Made by a program: the position numbers and the translations under genes. Under the pieces are notes generated by a model, which was given only the letters and a program-made list of their open reading frames with translations, was not told the origin of the DNA and made no database searches. Shown here piece by piece: positions 8,057-16,160 of a stretch of DNA of 26,489 nt. Numbering within the stretch: position 1 is the first letter of the stretch; every line of letters begins with the position of its first letter. The stretch is from a virus (lineage: Duplodnaviria; Caudoviricetes). The DNA lies in the IMG/VR virus record IMGVR_UViG_3300036779_000076, positions 1 through 26,489 of that record. One strand, 5' to 3'.

Positions 8057-8689
8057 TTAGTGCCAGTAGGTCGCGCGCACGAACAGCGCGCGCACCGCCG
8101 GATCGGCCGGGTAATGCACGTGGCTGCCATCGGCCTCGAAAATGTTTTCGGCGTAGGCCACGGTGCCGGGAGTGCTGCCGCAGTAGTGGCCCCAAATGTT
8201 CACCGCGGCGAGGCCTGGCGTGCCGCGCGGGAACGTGCACAGCGGATCGAGCCCGATGACGCGCACCGGCACGCCGCGCGCCATCAGCCGGGCGCCCGCG
8301 ACAAAGGCGCGATCGTCGCCCTGCGAATGACCGCCGACGACTACCCGGTCGCCGGGATGCCGTGACGCGTCGCGCACCACATTGCGCCAGCTTGCCCAAC
8401 CGTAAATGCGCACCACGGCGCCGGTCGCGCGCAGATCGGCCGCCAGCGGACCGAACGGCGACAGATGGCCGAGGCCGCGCAACAGATAGACGCGTGTGGT
8501 CGGCCGCTCCGGTGGCAGCGGTGGCGGCGAGCCGCCGACGTCGCGCGGGCCGTAGTAGTCGCCGCCCATGCCGCGATCGAGCGCGGCCTTATAGGCCGGG
8601 CTGCAGTGACGGCACGACGCTTGCGCCGTCGCCGGCACGATCAGCGCCGCGGCGAGCGCAAGCGCCGCGATGATGCGCGACGTTGTCAT
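8057..8689 (-). CDS. secreted alpha/beta-hydrolase (cutinase/lipase-like)
   Basis: GGGAGG RBS, signal peptide ending AQA, Pro linker, VYLLRGLG, nucleophile elbow GHSQG, IGLDP and a C-terminal His. Confidence 0.75.
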   Translation of the reverse strand: MTTSRIIAALALAAALIVPATAQASCRHCSPAYKAALDRGMGGDYYGPRDVGGSPPPLPPERPTTRVYLLRGLGHLSPFGPLAADLRATGAVVRIYGWASWRNVVRDASRHPGDRVVVGGHSQGDDRAFVAGARLMARGVPVRVIGLDPLCTFPRGTPGLAAVNIWGHYCGSTPGTVAYAENIFEADGSHVHYPADPAVRALFVRATYWH

Positions 8690-8703
8690 GTTCGGTTTCC
8701 TCC

Positions 8704-10236
8704 CTATGCGATCAGCGCCTCGATATCGATGGCCGGCGGCTGCGGCGTGACGCCGATCGCCATCGCCAGCGCCACGAGGCCGTCAATGCGGCCGGTCGAT
8801 CGCCGCTTCGACGGCTTGCGATTGTCGGCGTCGTCTTTGACGACCACGGTGTTCATCACGCATTGCGTCAGCACCGGATGGCCGCCGTGCACGAGTTTTT
8901 CATTGAGGATCAATTCCTCTAGCGCGCGCAAAGCTGGCGACATGCTTTGCATGCCCTGGCCGAAATCCTGGAAATGCTCTTTGATCGATTGCTCGCTAAA
9001 GCCGGCTTGGATCAACCACGGCTTAAGCTGCGTCATGTTCCAGCGATCGAAGCCGAGCTTGCGAATGTCGAGGCGTTGAAACAGCGCCCACAGATATTCG
9101 GCGACGTACTGATAGCTCACGGTCGAGCCCGGCGTGGTTTTGAGATAGCCCTCGCGCGCCCAAACATCGTAGGGCGTGCGATCGGCGATCGACTTGTCGT
9201 GCAGCCCGTCCTCGGGCAGCCAGAACGTCGGGTGCACTTGCGTGACGCCGTCCTGCGTCTTGCCGGTCAGCACGAGCGCGGTCAGATCATTGACCGACGA
9301 CAGATCGAGGCCGCCATAGATCGCGACGTCGTCAATAGCGCCAACGGCCCCACCACAGGCCTTCCACTTGCTCGGCTGAATAAAAGGGTTATGGACTTCG
9401 ACCCTCTGATTCAGAATCAGATTGCGGTATTCGTTCTCGCGCGACTTCATGCGCTTGGCGTCGGCCGCCATCGCCAGCACTTCCGTCGCATTCAAGAACG
9501 TGCCGAACGCCGGATTGGCGAGCTTGATCGTTTCCTCGTCGAATGGATCGAGGTCGCGCGCGGCGGTGTAGAGCGCGAGCACGGTGTGCGGATCGTGCGC
9601 GGCGAGCGCGTCATCGATCAAGATCGACAGCAGATCATTGTCGGTCGCGGCTTGCGTGGACAGGATCACCGACAGCGGCCCAAGCTGCGCGCCGGTCGCG
9701 GTTTCGAGCGCTTCATACAGCGCCGAGGTCGGGCCGCGCACTTGGCCAAGCTCGTCGTGCAGCACGAAAGCCGGCGACAGGCCGAACGCGGTTTTTGCTT
9801 CCGCCGACAGCGCCCGGTAGTAGGTGCCAAGCTCGGGGCAGATCAGTTCCTTGTGGGTGTCCTTGATGATGATCGCGTCGTGCAGATCGCGCGACATGCG
9901 GATCATCTTGGCCGCGAGGGCGAACACGATGGCCGCCTGATTGCGCGACTGCGCCGCCGAATACAGTTGCGAGTTCGGCCGCAGCGCAGCCGGCGGGCCG
10001 CACAAATGCGCGAGCAATAAGCACGCCGCCAGCGCGGTCTTGCCGTTCTTGCGGCCCATGCTCCAAATCGCGCGCCGGGTCCGTCGCGGATTGTCATAGA
10101 TGCGGCGTAGCTGCAGCTTTTGCCAATCGCCGAGCTTGATGCGCTCGCCGACAAAACGGCCCTCGGGCACAAAGCAGTAGTTTTCGATGAACGCGATGAT
10201 GTCGTCGGCAGTGACGCGCCGGCTAATCGCGCCCAC
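8704..10236 (-). CDS. terL: terminase large subunit (HK97-like, Terminase_1 type)
   Basis: Walker A MGRKNGKT, SAAQSRNQA, Walker B LHDELG, ILST coupling motif, nuclease motifs GLDLSSVNDLTA and RIDGLVALAMA. Start GTG 10236 is estimated. Confidence 0.95.
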   Translation of the reverse strand: MGAISRRVTADDIIAFIENYCFVPEGRFVGERIKLGDWQKLQLRRIYDNPRRTRRAIWSMGRKNGKTALAACLLLAHLCGPPAALRPNSQLYSAAQSRNQAAIVFALAAKMIRMSRDLHDAIIIKDTHKELICPELGTYYRALSAEAKTAFGLSPAFVLHDELGQVRGPTSALYEALETATGAQLGPLSVILSTQAATDNDLLSILIDDALAAHDPHTVLALYTAARDLDPFDEETIKLANPAFGTFLNATEVLAMAADAKRMKSRENEYRNLILNQRVEVHNPFIQPSKWKACGGAVGAIDDVAIYGGLDLSSVNDLTALVLTGKTQDGVTQVHPTFWLPEDGLHDKSIADRTPYDVWAREGYLKTTPGSTVSYQYVAEYLWALFQRLDIRKLGFDRWNMTQLKPWLIQAGFSEQSIKEHFQDFGQGMQSMSPALRALEELILNEKLVHGGHPVLTQCVMNTVVVKDDADNRKPSKRRSTGRIDGLVALAMAIGVTPQPPAIDIEALIA

Positions 10237-10633
10237 GGATTTCCCAAGGCTTGAATGCCTTGGCCGCGCCGCGTGACGCCGCCGTGCGCGGCGCATATTG
10301 CGATTTCGGCGACAAGCGCAGCGCCGCCGACAGCTTGGCGATCTGCGACGTCTCGCGCGCCTGCAGCGTGCCAATCTTCCTGATCTGATCGAGCGTCAAC
10401 GTCTTGCGATCTTGCCGCAACCGGCGCGCCAACTCGCGCGACATGACGATGTGCCCGACCAAATTGCGCAGCAACGGCAGCGCCTCGGTCTTGAACCAAT
10501 TGGCCGGCAGCGCGCCGACGATTTCCTGCCACGCCGCGCGTTCGTCGTCGTCAAGCTCGGGCGGCGGCTCGGGCCGACCGGCACCGGGCGTCAGCGGCAC
10601 CACGCTCAGATCATCGCTCGATCGGCGCGGCAT
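10223..10633 (-). CDS. terS: terminase small subunit (P27-like)
   Basis: Directly upstream of terL. PEPPPELDDDERAAWQEIV...LSAALRLSPKSQ...KPWE. Confidence 0.8.
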   Translation of the reverse strand: MPRRSSDDLSVVPLTPGAGRPEPPPELDDDERAAWQEIVGALPANWFKTEALPLLRNLVGHIVMSRELARRLRQDRKTLTLDQIRKIGTLQARETSQIAKLSAALRLSPKSQYAPRTAASRGAAKAFKPWEIRGRD

Positions 10634-10865
10634 GTTGTTGTTGCTTGCCCGAGCAGCACGGACCGAGGAAAATCCGCTCGCCGTTGTGGAACGTCTCTTT
10701 CCAGCCGGCCGCCATCGCGGCGCGGTGCATGGCGAGGAAACCGCCTGGGCTTTCGAAGCTCTGCACCATGCCCTCGCCCTCGGCATGGCCGTCGCATGTC
10801 AGCGTCAAGCGCCCGGGCTTCGGCGACGGCGCGGCGTGGTCGAGAATTTCAAAGCGCAGGCCCAT
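10611..10865 (-). CDS. hypothetical protein, 84 aa
   Basis: MGLRFEILD...LTCDGH...AAGWK...FLGPCC, coupled to its neighbours. Confidence 0.6.
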   Translation of the reverse strand: MGLRFEILDHAAPSPKPGRLTLTCDGHAEGEGMVQSFESPGGFLAMHRAAMAAGWKETFHNGERIFLGPCCSGKQQQHAAPIER

Positions 10866-11191
10866 CACATGCCCCACCACAGCAGCGCGAGCGCGCCGAG
10901 CAGGATCGCGCCGAGCGACAGCGCCGCATTGTCGCCGCGCATGATCCACGGCACGGGCGGCACCAACGATCGGAACGGCGGCGATGGTGGCAGCGGCCGG
11001 TAGGCGCCACCGGGCCCCCACGGCCGCGGTGGTGGCGGACGCTCAAGCGCGTCGCGCAGATTGCGAACGGTCATCGCCATTGGGGTTTCCAGGATGATTG
11101 CGTGCGCGCCGGCAACGTGGTCGCGCCAACGCTCGCGCAGTGCGTCGATTTCGGCGGCGCTCAAGCCGCCGCGGCATTCGAGGTAGGCCAT
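10865..11191 (-). CDS. hypothetical protein with Pro-rich linker and C-terminal transmembrane segment
   Basis: 108 aa, ending ALSLGAILLGALALLWWGM. Confidence 0.55.
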   Translation of the reverse strand: MAYLECRGGLSAAEIDALRERWRDHVAGAHAIILETPMAMTVRNLRDALERPPPPRPWGPGGAYRPLPPSPPFRSLVPPVPWIMRGDNAALSLGAILLGALALLWWGM

Positions 11192-11196
11192 CGCGA

Positions 11197-11496
11197 TCAG
11201 CCGACCTTCGCGTTGACCTCAACCGGCGCGTCGATCGACACGCGGTCGGCGGTGACGCTGACGCGCTCGGTGCTCATTGTCGGCCCAATCCCATTGCCAT
11301 CGGCGTCGAGCCGTTGCGCCCGAAAGTGGTACGGGCCTTCCGGCAGATCGAACGCCGCCGTGGGATCGGGCCCGACAAATTCCGCCGCGACGTCGTCGGG
11401 ATTGTCGCCGTGGATCGCCACTACGCGCCAGTCGCCGGCCACAGTACCGGCCGGGAACTCGTGCTTTTTGCTCTTGATCGTCACCGTGACTTGCAT
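11197..11496 (-). CDS. beta-sandwich (Ig/Fn3-like) protein, 99 aa
   Basis: GGAGG RBS. DLPEGPYHFRAQRLDADGN resembles an Fn3/Ig strand motif. Confidence 0.65.
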   Translation of the reverse strand: MQVTVTIKSKKHEFPAGTVAGDWRVVAIHGDNPDDVAAEFVGPDPTAAFDLPEGPYHFRAQRLDADGNGIGPTMSTERVSVTADRVSIDAPVEVNAKVG

Positions 11497-11959
11497 GCTG
11501 GCCTCCAAAAAAGGGCCCTCGCGACCCGAGGGTGAGCGGCAGGCCGCAAGGGCCAAGGCCACCAAGGTCGAAAAGCGAACGGGACCGGAACGCCCGGGCC
11601 CCAATCTGCAGCCGGACGCTGCATGTTCGCGAGGCGTTCACTTTGTGCGCCGCACCATCAAATGGAACCGTAAAGTTCCATCGCCCGGCCTGGGCGCGCT
11701 GGCGCGGGTTTGGGCTGGCCGCCATAACCCCCGGGCCCTGCAGCGTTTAACGCATGGGCGGCCACGGGCGGCCCTCGGGCACGGCGCCAAAACGGCTACG
11801 CGCAAGCGCCGGCCCGAGGGGCTCGCCGAGGGCGAAGGGAGGAACCGCCGCCCCCAAGAGAATTTCATTCCACGGAAACGGCCAGATTTCGGGGTTTTCG
11901 GCCGTAGAATTCTATTCCAAGACCCGAAACGCGTCGTTTTTGACGGCCTCGCGTTAACC

Positions 11960-12090
11960 GGCTATGTTTTTGATTTTACTGCGAAATATTGCACGTTAAC
12001 CAGGTCGAGGCGGTGCCCGCTCCTAGCCTGGGACCTATCTGCGAGAAAATTTTACTCCCCCCGGGCCTCGCGGTCCCCGCATCCCCCCAG
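11960..12090 (-). other. probable cos/packaging-initiation region
   Basis: Lies in a roughly 900-bp stretch with no convincing gene, upstream of terS. The - strand reads CCCGGGGGGAGTAAAATTTTCTCGC...GGAGCGGGCACCGCC, a G-run/AT-tract/GC-core layout resembling cos regions of HNH-terS-terL phages (inference). Confidence 0.45.
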
Positions 12091-12400
12091 ATATCGTGGC
12101 CTTTTGGCGTGGAACTTGGGTTTGGTGCCTCGAAATTGGGGGATTTGAGGCCTTTTTCGACGGTATCGGGGTCCTCATTTGCCGGTGATCTGGCTGATGT
12201 GGGAACTTTGCCAAAGTAGAATATCCTTCTATTCGGGAATGGCCGAATTCCGTCGAGTTCCATATGCCAATTTGTGGGGAATGGATTGCCCCCACAGTTG
12301 GTGCCACACGGATGGTCACGGGCCGAGGCTTTGGAACGACCGGGCGTCAGGGATTGGAACCATGACGCCCGATTATAGATTTGCCGCTTTGGATGGTGCT

Positions 12401-13072
12401 TTAGGCTTCCTTCGATGGTGTCGGCGTCGGCACGTTCGGAACACCGACCACGACCCAACCCGTTTCATCGGTCCAGCCGACAACCCAATCGACGATCGGC
12501 TCACGCTCTGGCGGTGTCTCAGGCGGGATCACAATCGGATGCGCCGGGTGTCCAGGTGACGGCCAAATTTCAGGCGGCAGCGGGATCACGATCGGATGCT
12601 CGGGATGCGCATCAATCGGCGGCAACACGATTGGATGCTCGGGGTGACCTGGATCGATGATGATCGGCGGTCCGCCGTCCGGTGGCTGCGGCCAGATGAT
12701 CGGCGGCATCGGGTGTTCCACATGCGGCGGCGGGCCACCGGGTGCGATCGGATGCGCCGGATATCCAGGACCGGGCCACACGACAGGCGGCGGACCACCG
12801 GGTGCAATCGGATGCGCCGGGTGACCGGGGCTCGGCCAGATCACGATTGGCGGTTTTCCTGGCTCAGTCGGCGGCAACACGATCGGATGCGTCGGGCGAC
12901 CTTGGAACGGCGGCAGGCCGATGTCGACATAGTCCGGCGGAACGCCGCCCCAAAATCCTGGCGGCTTGCCACCGGGCGCGATCGGGTGCGCCGGCCAACC
13001 CGGGACACCAAAACCCGGATCGACGGGTCCGCCGCCAACCGGAATGATGTAGCAAAGTATCGGTCCTCGCAT
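12401..13072 (-). CDS. Pro/His-rich repeat protein, 223 aa
   Basis: GGAGG RBS. Eight HP(I/M) repeats such as GHPAHPIAPGGPPP and GHPEHPIVLPP, and a Trp-rich C-terminus DWVVGWTDETGWVVVGVP. Confidence 0.8.
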   Translation of the reverse strand: MRGPILCYIIPVGGGPVDPGFGVPGWPAHPIAPGGKPPGFWGGVPPDYVDIGLPPFQGRPTHPIVLPPTEPGKPPIVIWPSPGHPAHPIAPGGPPPVVWPGPGYPAHPIAPGGPPPHVEHPMPPIIWPQPPDGGPPIIIDPGHPEHPIVLPPIDAHPEHPIVIPLPPEIWPSPGHPAHPIVIPPETPPEREPIVDWVVGWTDETGWVVVGVPNVPTPTPSKEA

Positions 13073-13258
13073 TTCACGTCCTCCTTATTTGTTTGCTCTG
13101 CAAAAGTCCCCAACTCAATCAACAATTTCGTTTTTCAAGTTTCTTGTTTGTTTGATGCGGGCGCGAGCCCTATTGTCCGGCAGACAGTCATTGGGCCCGC
13201 GCCCTTCGGAACATCCTTACCGGCGGGCTTTTCAATCCCGAGGCGTCCCGAACTGAAT

Positions 13259-13900
13259 TCACCACGCCACGACGATCGGCTTGCCGTTGACGGTCACCGT
13301 CACGTTGCCCGTCGTGGTGATTTGAATATCGACTGTTGCGTCGGCGGCTTGCGGCGGACGCGGCTCGATCGGCGTGGCGCCGAGCGCTCGCGCGATCGTG
13401 TCGGCAATCGCTTGGCAGATCAGATCGAAATTGGCGTTGTAGAGCGTGGCGTCCGGCGCCGAGTCGACAAAGCACGTCTCGATCAGGATGGCCGGCGCTT
13501 CGGTGTTGTTCAGAAAAAACAGATTGGTGCGCTGTTTGCCGCCGCGATCGATCAGGCCCGCGCTACCAGCGATGGCCGCCGACATTTGGTCGGCGAGTTG
13601 CTCTTGCGTGATGAAAAGGCATTCGGTGCCCATCGGCTGCGTCGTCGTTTCGAACGCATTGAAATGCACCGATACGTCGAGGTCGCGCGCCTGGGCGTTA
13701 TGGAAATCGACGATGCGATTGAGATTTTCGCTTTGATCATCGGACACGTCGTCGTGAAACACCGTCACGTCAACGCCGAGCCGCGGCAGGATTTCCGCCG
13801 CGCGATCGACCACGCGGCGCGCTTCGTCGACCTCGTCGAGGATGCCGCTGGCGCCGCGGATTTTTAAGCCGTGACCGGATGAAATAACGACGCTCGTCAT
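13259..13900 (-). CDS. N-acetylmuramoyl-L-alanine amidase (Amidase_3), endolysin
   Basis: Zn-ligand and catalytic motifs ISSGHG, DEVDE, SVHFNA and ILIETCFVDS. Start ATG 13900. Confidence 0.92.
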   Translation of the reverse strand: MTSVVISSGHGLKIRGASGILDEVDEARRVVDRAAEILPRLGVDVTVFHDDVSDDQSENLNRIVDFHNAQARDLDVSVHFNAFETTTQPMGTECLFITQEQLADQMSAAIAGSAGLIDRGGKQRTNLFFLNNTEAPAILIETCFVDSAPDATLYNANFDLICQAIADTIARALGATPIEPRPPQAADATVDIQITTTGNVTVTVNGKPIVVAW

Positions 13901-13910
13901 GGATGTGGCC

Positions 13911-14723
13911 TTACACGTCGACGCCGTTGATCCGCACCGTGACATTGCCAGATTTCACAATCGTGACAGTCACGGCGTTTTCGGCGATCGATGGTTGTGT
14001 TCCAACATAGTCCTGCACTTGCTGAAACATTTCGTCGGCCTCGCTGCGGACCTCGGCATCACGGCGATTGATCGGGCCCCAGTGCTGGCGACGCTGGCGC
14101 AAGCCGATCGCGGCCGTCTCGACGGCAAATTGCGGACAGGCTTTGGCCAATTCCTGATAATCGGCGCCAGCACCCGAGCCGTAGCATTCCCAATCTGCGG
14201 CCGAGCACGTCACGCCATCAGCAAAAATTTCGAGGGCGCATTGCGGCGGACACGACGCGTATTCATCGGCCAATTTTTGCATTTCGTCAGAGCACGATTC
14301 CATGTTCCACGACATTTGGAACAAGCCGGCCTCGGCGGTGTCGGCGCTGACATTGTCGGCGCTCATGTCGCGACCGCAGCAATATTGCCCACTCGACTCG
14401 CGCATGCCGAGGCCCATCAGCAGCACAAACAAATGCCGGAGCGTGTCGAGCCCGTCGACGCTGTTGTCCATATCGAGCGAACTGAAAATATCGGCGTACC
14501 ACGTCAGCGCGTCGACGTCGGGATCGTTGCTGTCGGCCCGCGCCATTTCCAGCCCCGAGGAATCGCCGGCCAGATATTTTTGCACCACGGTCATGAACGC
14601 CACGGCCATGCCTTGCGTATAGCCGGGCGGCGCTTGGCCGCGATCGTCCCACTCATAGACGGCGATCGACGACGTCATCGCGATCTGGCGAACGGCGTCG
14701 ACCATCATGCGCTGATCAACCAT
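13911..14723 (-). CDS. lysozyme-like/lytic transglycosylase-fold protein
   Basis: GLGMRESSG (catalytic E-S) and AEAGLFQMS motifs of the SLT/lysozyme-like superfamily. Adjacent to the amidase. Confidence 0.7.
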   Translation of the reverse strand: MVDQRMMVDAVRQIAMTSSIAVYEWDDRGQAPPGYTQGMAVAFMTVVQKYLAGDSSGLEMARADSNDPDVDALTWYADIFSSLDMDNSVDGLDTLRHLFVLLMGLGMRESSGQYCCGRDMSADNVSADTAEAGLFQMSWNMESCSDEMQKLADEYASCPPQCALEIFADGVTCSAADWECYGSGAGADYQELAKACPQFAVETAAIGLRQRRQHWGPINRRDAEVRSEADEMFQQVQDYVGTQPSIAENAVTVTIVKSGNVTVRINGVDV

Positions 14724-14738
14724 TGAAAGGGGCTCGAT

Positions 14739-14975
14739 TTATTCGCTGTTGAGGTTGTGCAGCATGCTTCGAATTTCGTCGCACTCGTTGGCGACCGAAA
14801 CGAATTTGCCATCCACGGTAAAAAGCACGCACTGCACTTTCGAATTGAGCGTGCGCTTGTCATCTTCGCGCGGCGGACGCAGCGACACGATTTCGTTGGG
14901 GTTGACGTCGACCGTCAAGCCGTCCGGCGTCGTCAGCCGCAGCAACTCCAACGCCAGCACCGTGGCAGCGATCAT
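14739..14975 (-). CDS. FlbD-like small protein
   Basis: LRLTTPDGLTVDVNPNEIVSL...LFTVDGKFVSVANECDEI fits the FlbD-like pattern LT..G....N...I......G....V.E...E. Confidence 0.55.
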   Translation of the reverse strand: MIAATVLALELLRLTTPDGLTVDVNPNEIVSLRPPREDDKRTLNSKVQCVLFTVDGKFVSVANECDEIRSMLHNLNSE

Positions 14976-15268
14976 TGTTTGTTGACCGGATGGTTGGGAT
15001 CGACGGGATAGCCGTCATGATCGACGCGGCTGTCATAGCCGCGATTTTCCTGGCGCTGCTTGGCGGCGCTGTGATGAAGCTCACACAGCGATTGAAGCTC
15101 GCCAAAGAAAAACGCTTTGTAGTTCTCGCGATGCGGCTCGATATGATCGGCGACGGTGGCGACGATGGCGCGGCCTTCCTCGCGACACATGCGACAGAAC
15201 GGCTCGGTCATCAATTGCTGGCGGCGGCGAATGCGCCAATGCTTGGTTTTATACCATGCGTCCGGCAT
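14972..15268 (-). CDS. terminase-associated HNH endonuclease (HK97 gp74-like)
   Basis: WYKTKHW, EPFCRMC, ATVADHIEPHR, LQSLCELHH and the tail DGYPVDPNHP. Confidence 0.92.
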   Translation of the reverse strand: MPDAWYKTKHWRIRRRQQLMTEPFCRMCREEGRAIVATVADHIEPHRENYKAFFFGELQSLCELHHSAAKQRQENRGYDSRVDHDGYPVDPNHPVNKQ

Positions 15269-15464
15269 AGCAGCGGCGACCATGCACCTGCGAAAAGCTC
15301 GCGGGGACGCGCGGGACGTTTCGCATCGGGGATCGGGGGGATGGGGACGCAGAGTCGCCGCCGCGCGGAATAACGCTACAAAAAACCTTTGAGAGTCAAC
15401 ATAGGTGATGAAATCGATGTACGGTTTACGCCGACAAGCATTTGACAGCGCGGAGATTTTTTCC

Positions 15465-15662
15465 ATGAGCGCGCATGTGCACAAAAACCGCCATGTCGGC
15501 CAAAACCTGTTGCGACGTTTGTCGACGCAAGCCGACCTGTTGCGGCAATGGGACAAGTTCGAACTCGGCCAGCCGGCGCCCGAGCCGCTCGACTATGACG
15601 CGCTCGCGCATCTGATCGACGAGGCCGTGGCGCGCATTGAAAAGCTCGAACGCGATCGTTAG
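15465..15662 (+). CDS. hypothetical 65-aa protein, antisense to the operon
   Basis: GGAG RBS before ATG 15465, followed by a terminator. Confidence 0.55.
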   Translation: MSAHVHKNRHVGQNLLRRLSTQADLLRQWDKFELGQPAPEPLDYDALAHLIDEAVARIEKLERDR

Positions 15663-15696
15663 ATTTCCGGCGTTTGCTATTCTGGACGTTTCGCCT

Positions 15697-15900
15697 TCAT
15701 GGCCCCGGCGTCGGTTCGTCGGGGCTTTTTTTGTCGTCGACGGGCTCGGCCAGTTCGGCGCGACGCATCTGGCAAAGCGCGTGCTGCAGCGCGCCGACCT
15801 CTTTGTGATCATCACTGCGCCGCTCGCGCGCATAGCGCATCAGCGCCTCGGCGAGATTGCGGCCAACGCGCACATAATCGGCGTCAGTTGGTTTCGTCAT
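15697..15900 (-). CDS. hypothetical protein, 67 aa
   Basis: ATG 15900, MTKPTDADYVRVGRNL..., overlapping the upstream ORF. Confidence 0.55.
   Translation of the reverse strand: MTKPTDADYVRVGRNLAEALMRYARERRSDDHKEVGALQHALCQMRRAELAEPVDDKKSPDEPTPGP
15702..15732 (+). terminator. intrinsic terminator
   Basis: GCCCCGGCG-TCGGTT-CGTCGGGGC stem (one G-U pair) plus TTTTTTT. Confidence 0.65.
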
Positions 15901-16081
15901 GGGGCGGGTATGCTTTCCACATTTCGACGCGCGGCGGCTTGCGCTCGCGTTCGGCGACGTCAACCGACAACAACGACGCCCGCGTGATGGTGCGGCTCAA
16001 TTTTTCGGATCGTCGTGCTTCTAACTGGCGACGACGCGGCGGCTTGGCGCGACGATCGCGCTTGCGCATGGTTTTGCTCAT
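15884..16081 (-). CDS. hypothetical basic protein, 65 aa
   Basis: ATG 16081, MSKTMRKRDRR..., fills the operon gap. Confidence 0.4.
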   Translation of the reverse strand: MSKTMRKRDRRAKPPRRRQLEARRSEKLSRTITRASLLSVDVAERERKPPRVEMWKAYPPHDETN

Positions 16082-16160
16082 GACGGTTTGCCCTGTGGCG
16101 AGGCAAGCGTCGCTTGTAGCATGTCGCTGCGCCGGGAAAAACTTAGTTTGTGCTGGAACT

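Noticed and set aside
8052-8399. N-terminal extension of the 847-aa ORF (likewise 1123-1410, 10237-10374 and 18642-18785)
   Set aside because: These extensions overlap better-supported genes or regulatory DNA. Downstream starts with RBS or coupling fit better.
10298-12148. 616-aa + strand ORF, and other long antisense ORFs such as 8947-10020, 12596-13867 and 25631-26473
   Set aside because: Arg/Ala-rich shadow frames opposite well-supported genes in high-GC DNA, with no recognisable motifs.
12401-13072. DNA repeats (ATCGGATG units) as a non-coding array
   Set aside because: Explained by the His-Pro-Ile codons of the repeat protein on the - strand.
13171-13182. TATTGTCCGGCA matching the right half of operator 1
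   Set aside because: Only a half-site with no GGACA arm, so it may be chance.
15370-15399. Possible late promoter on the - strand (TTGACT at 15399-15394) upstream of HNH
   Set aside because: The position is plausible but there is no convincing -10 element at 16-18 bp spacing.
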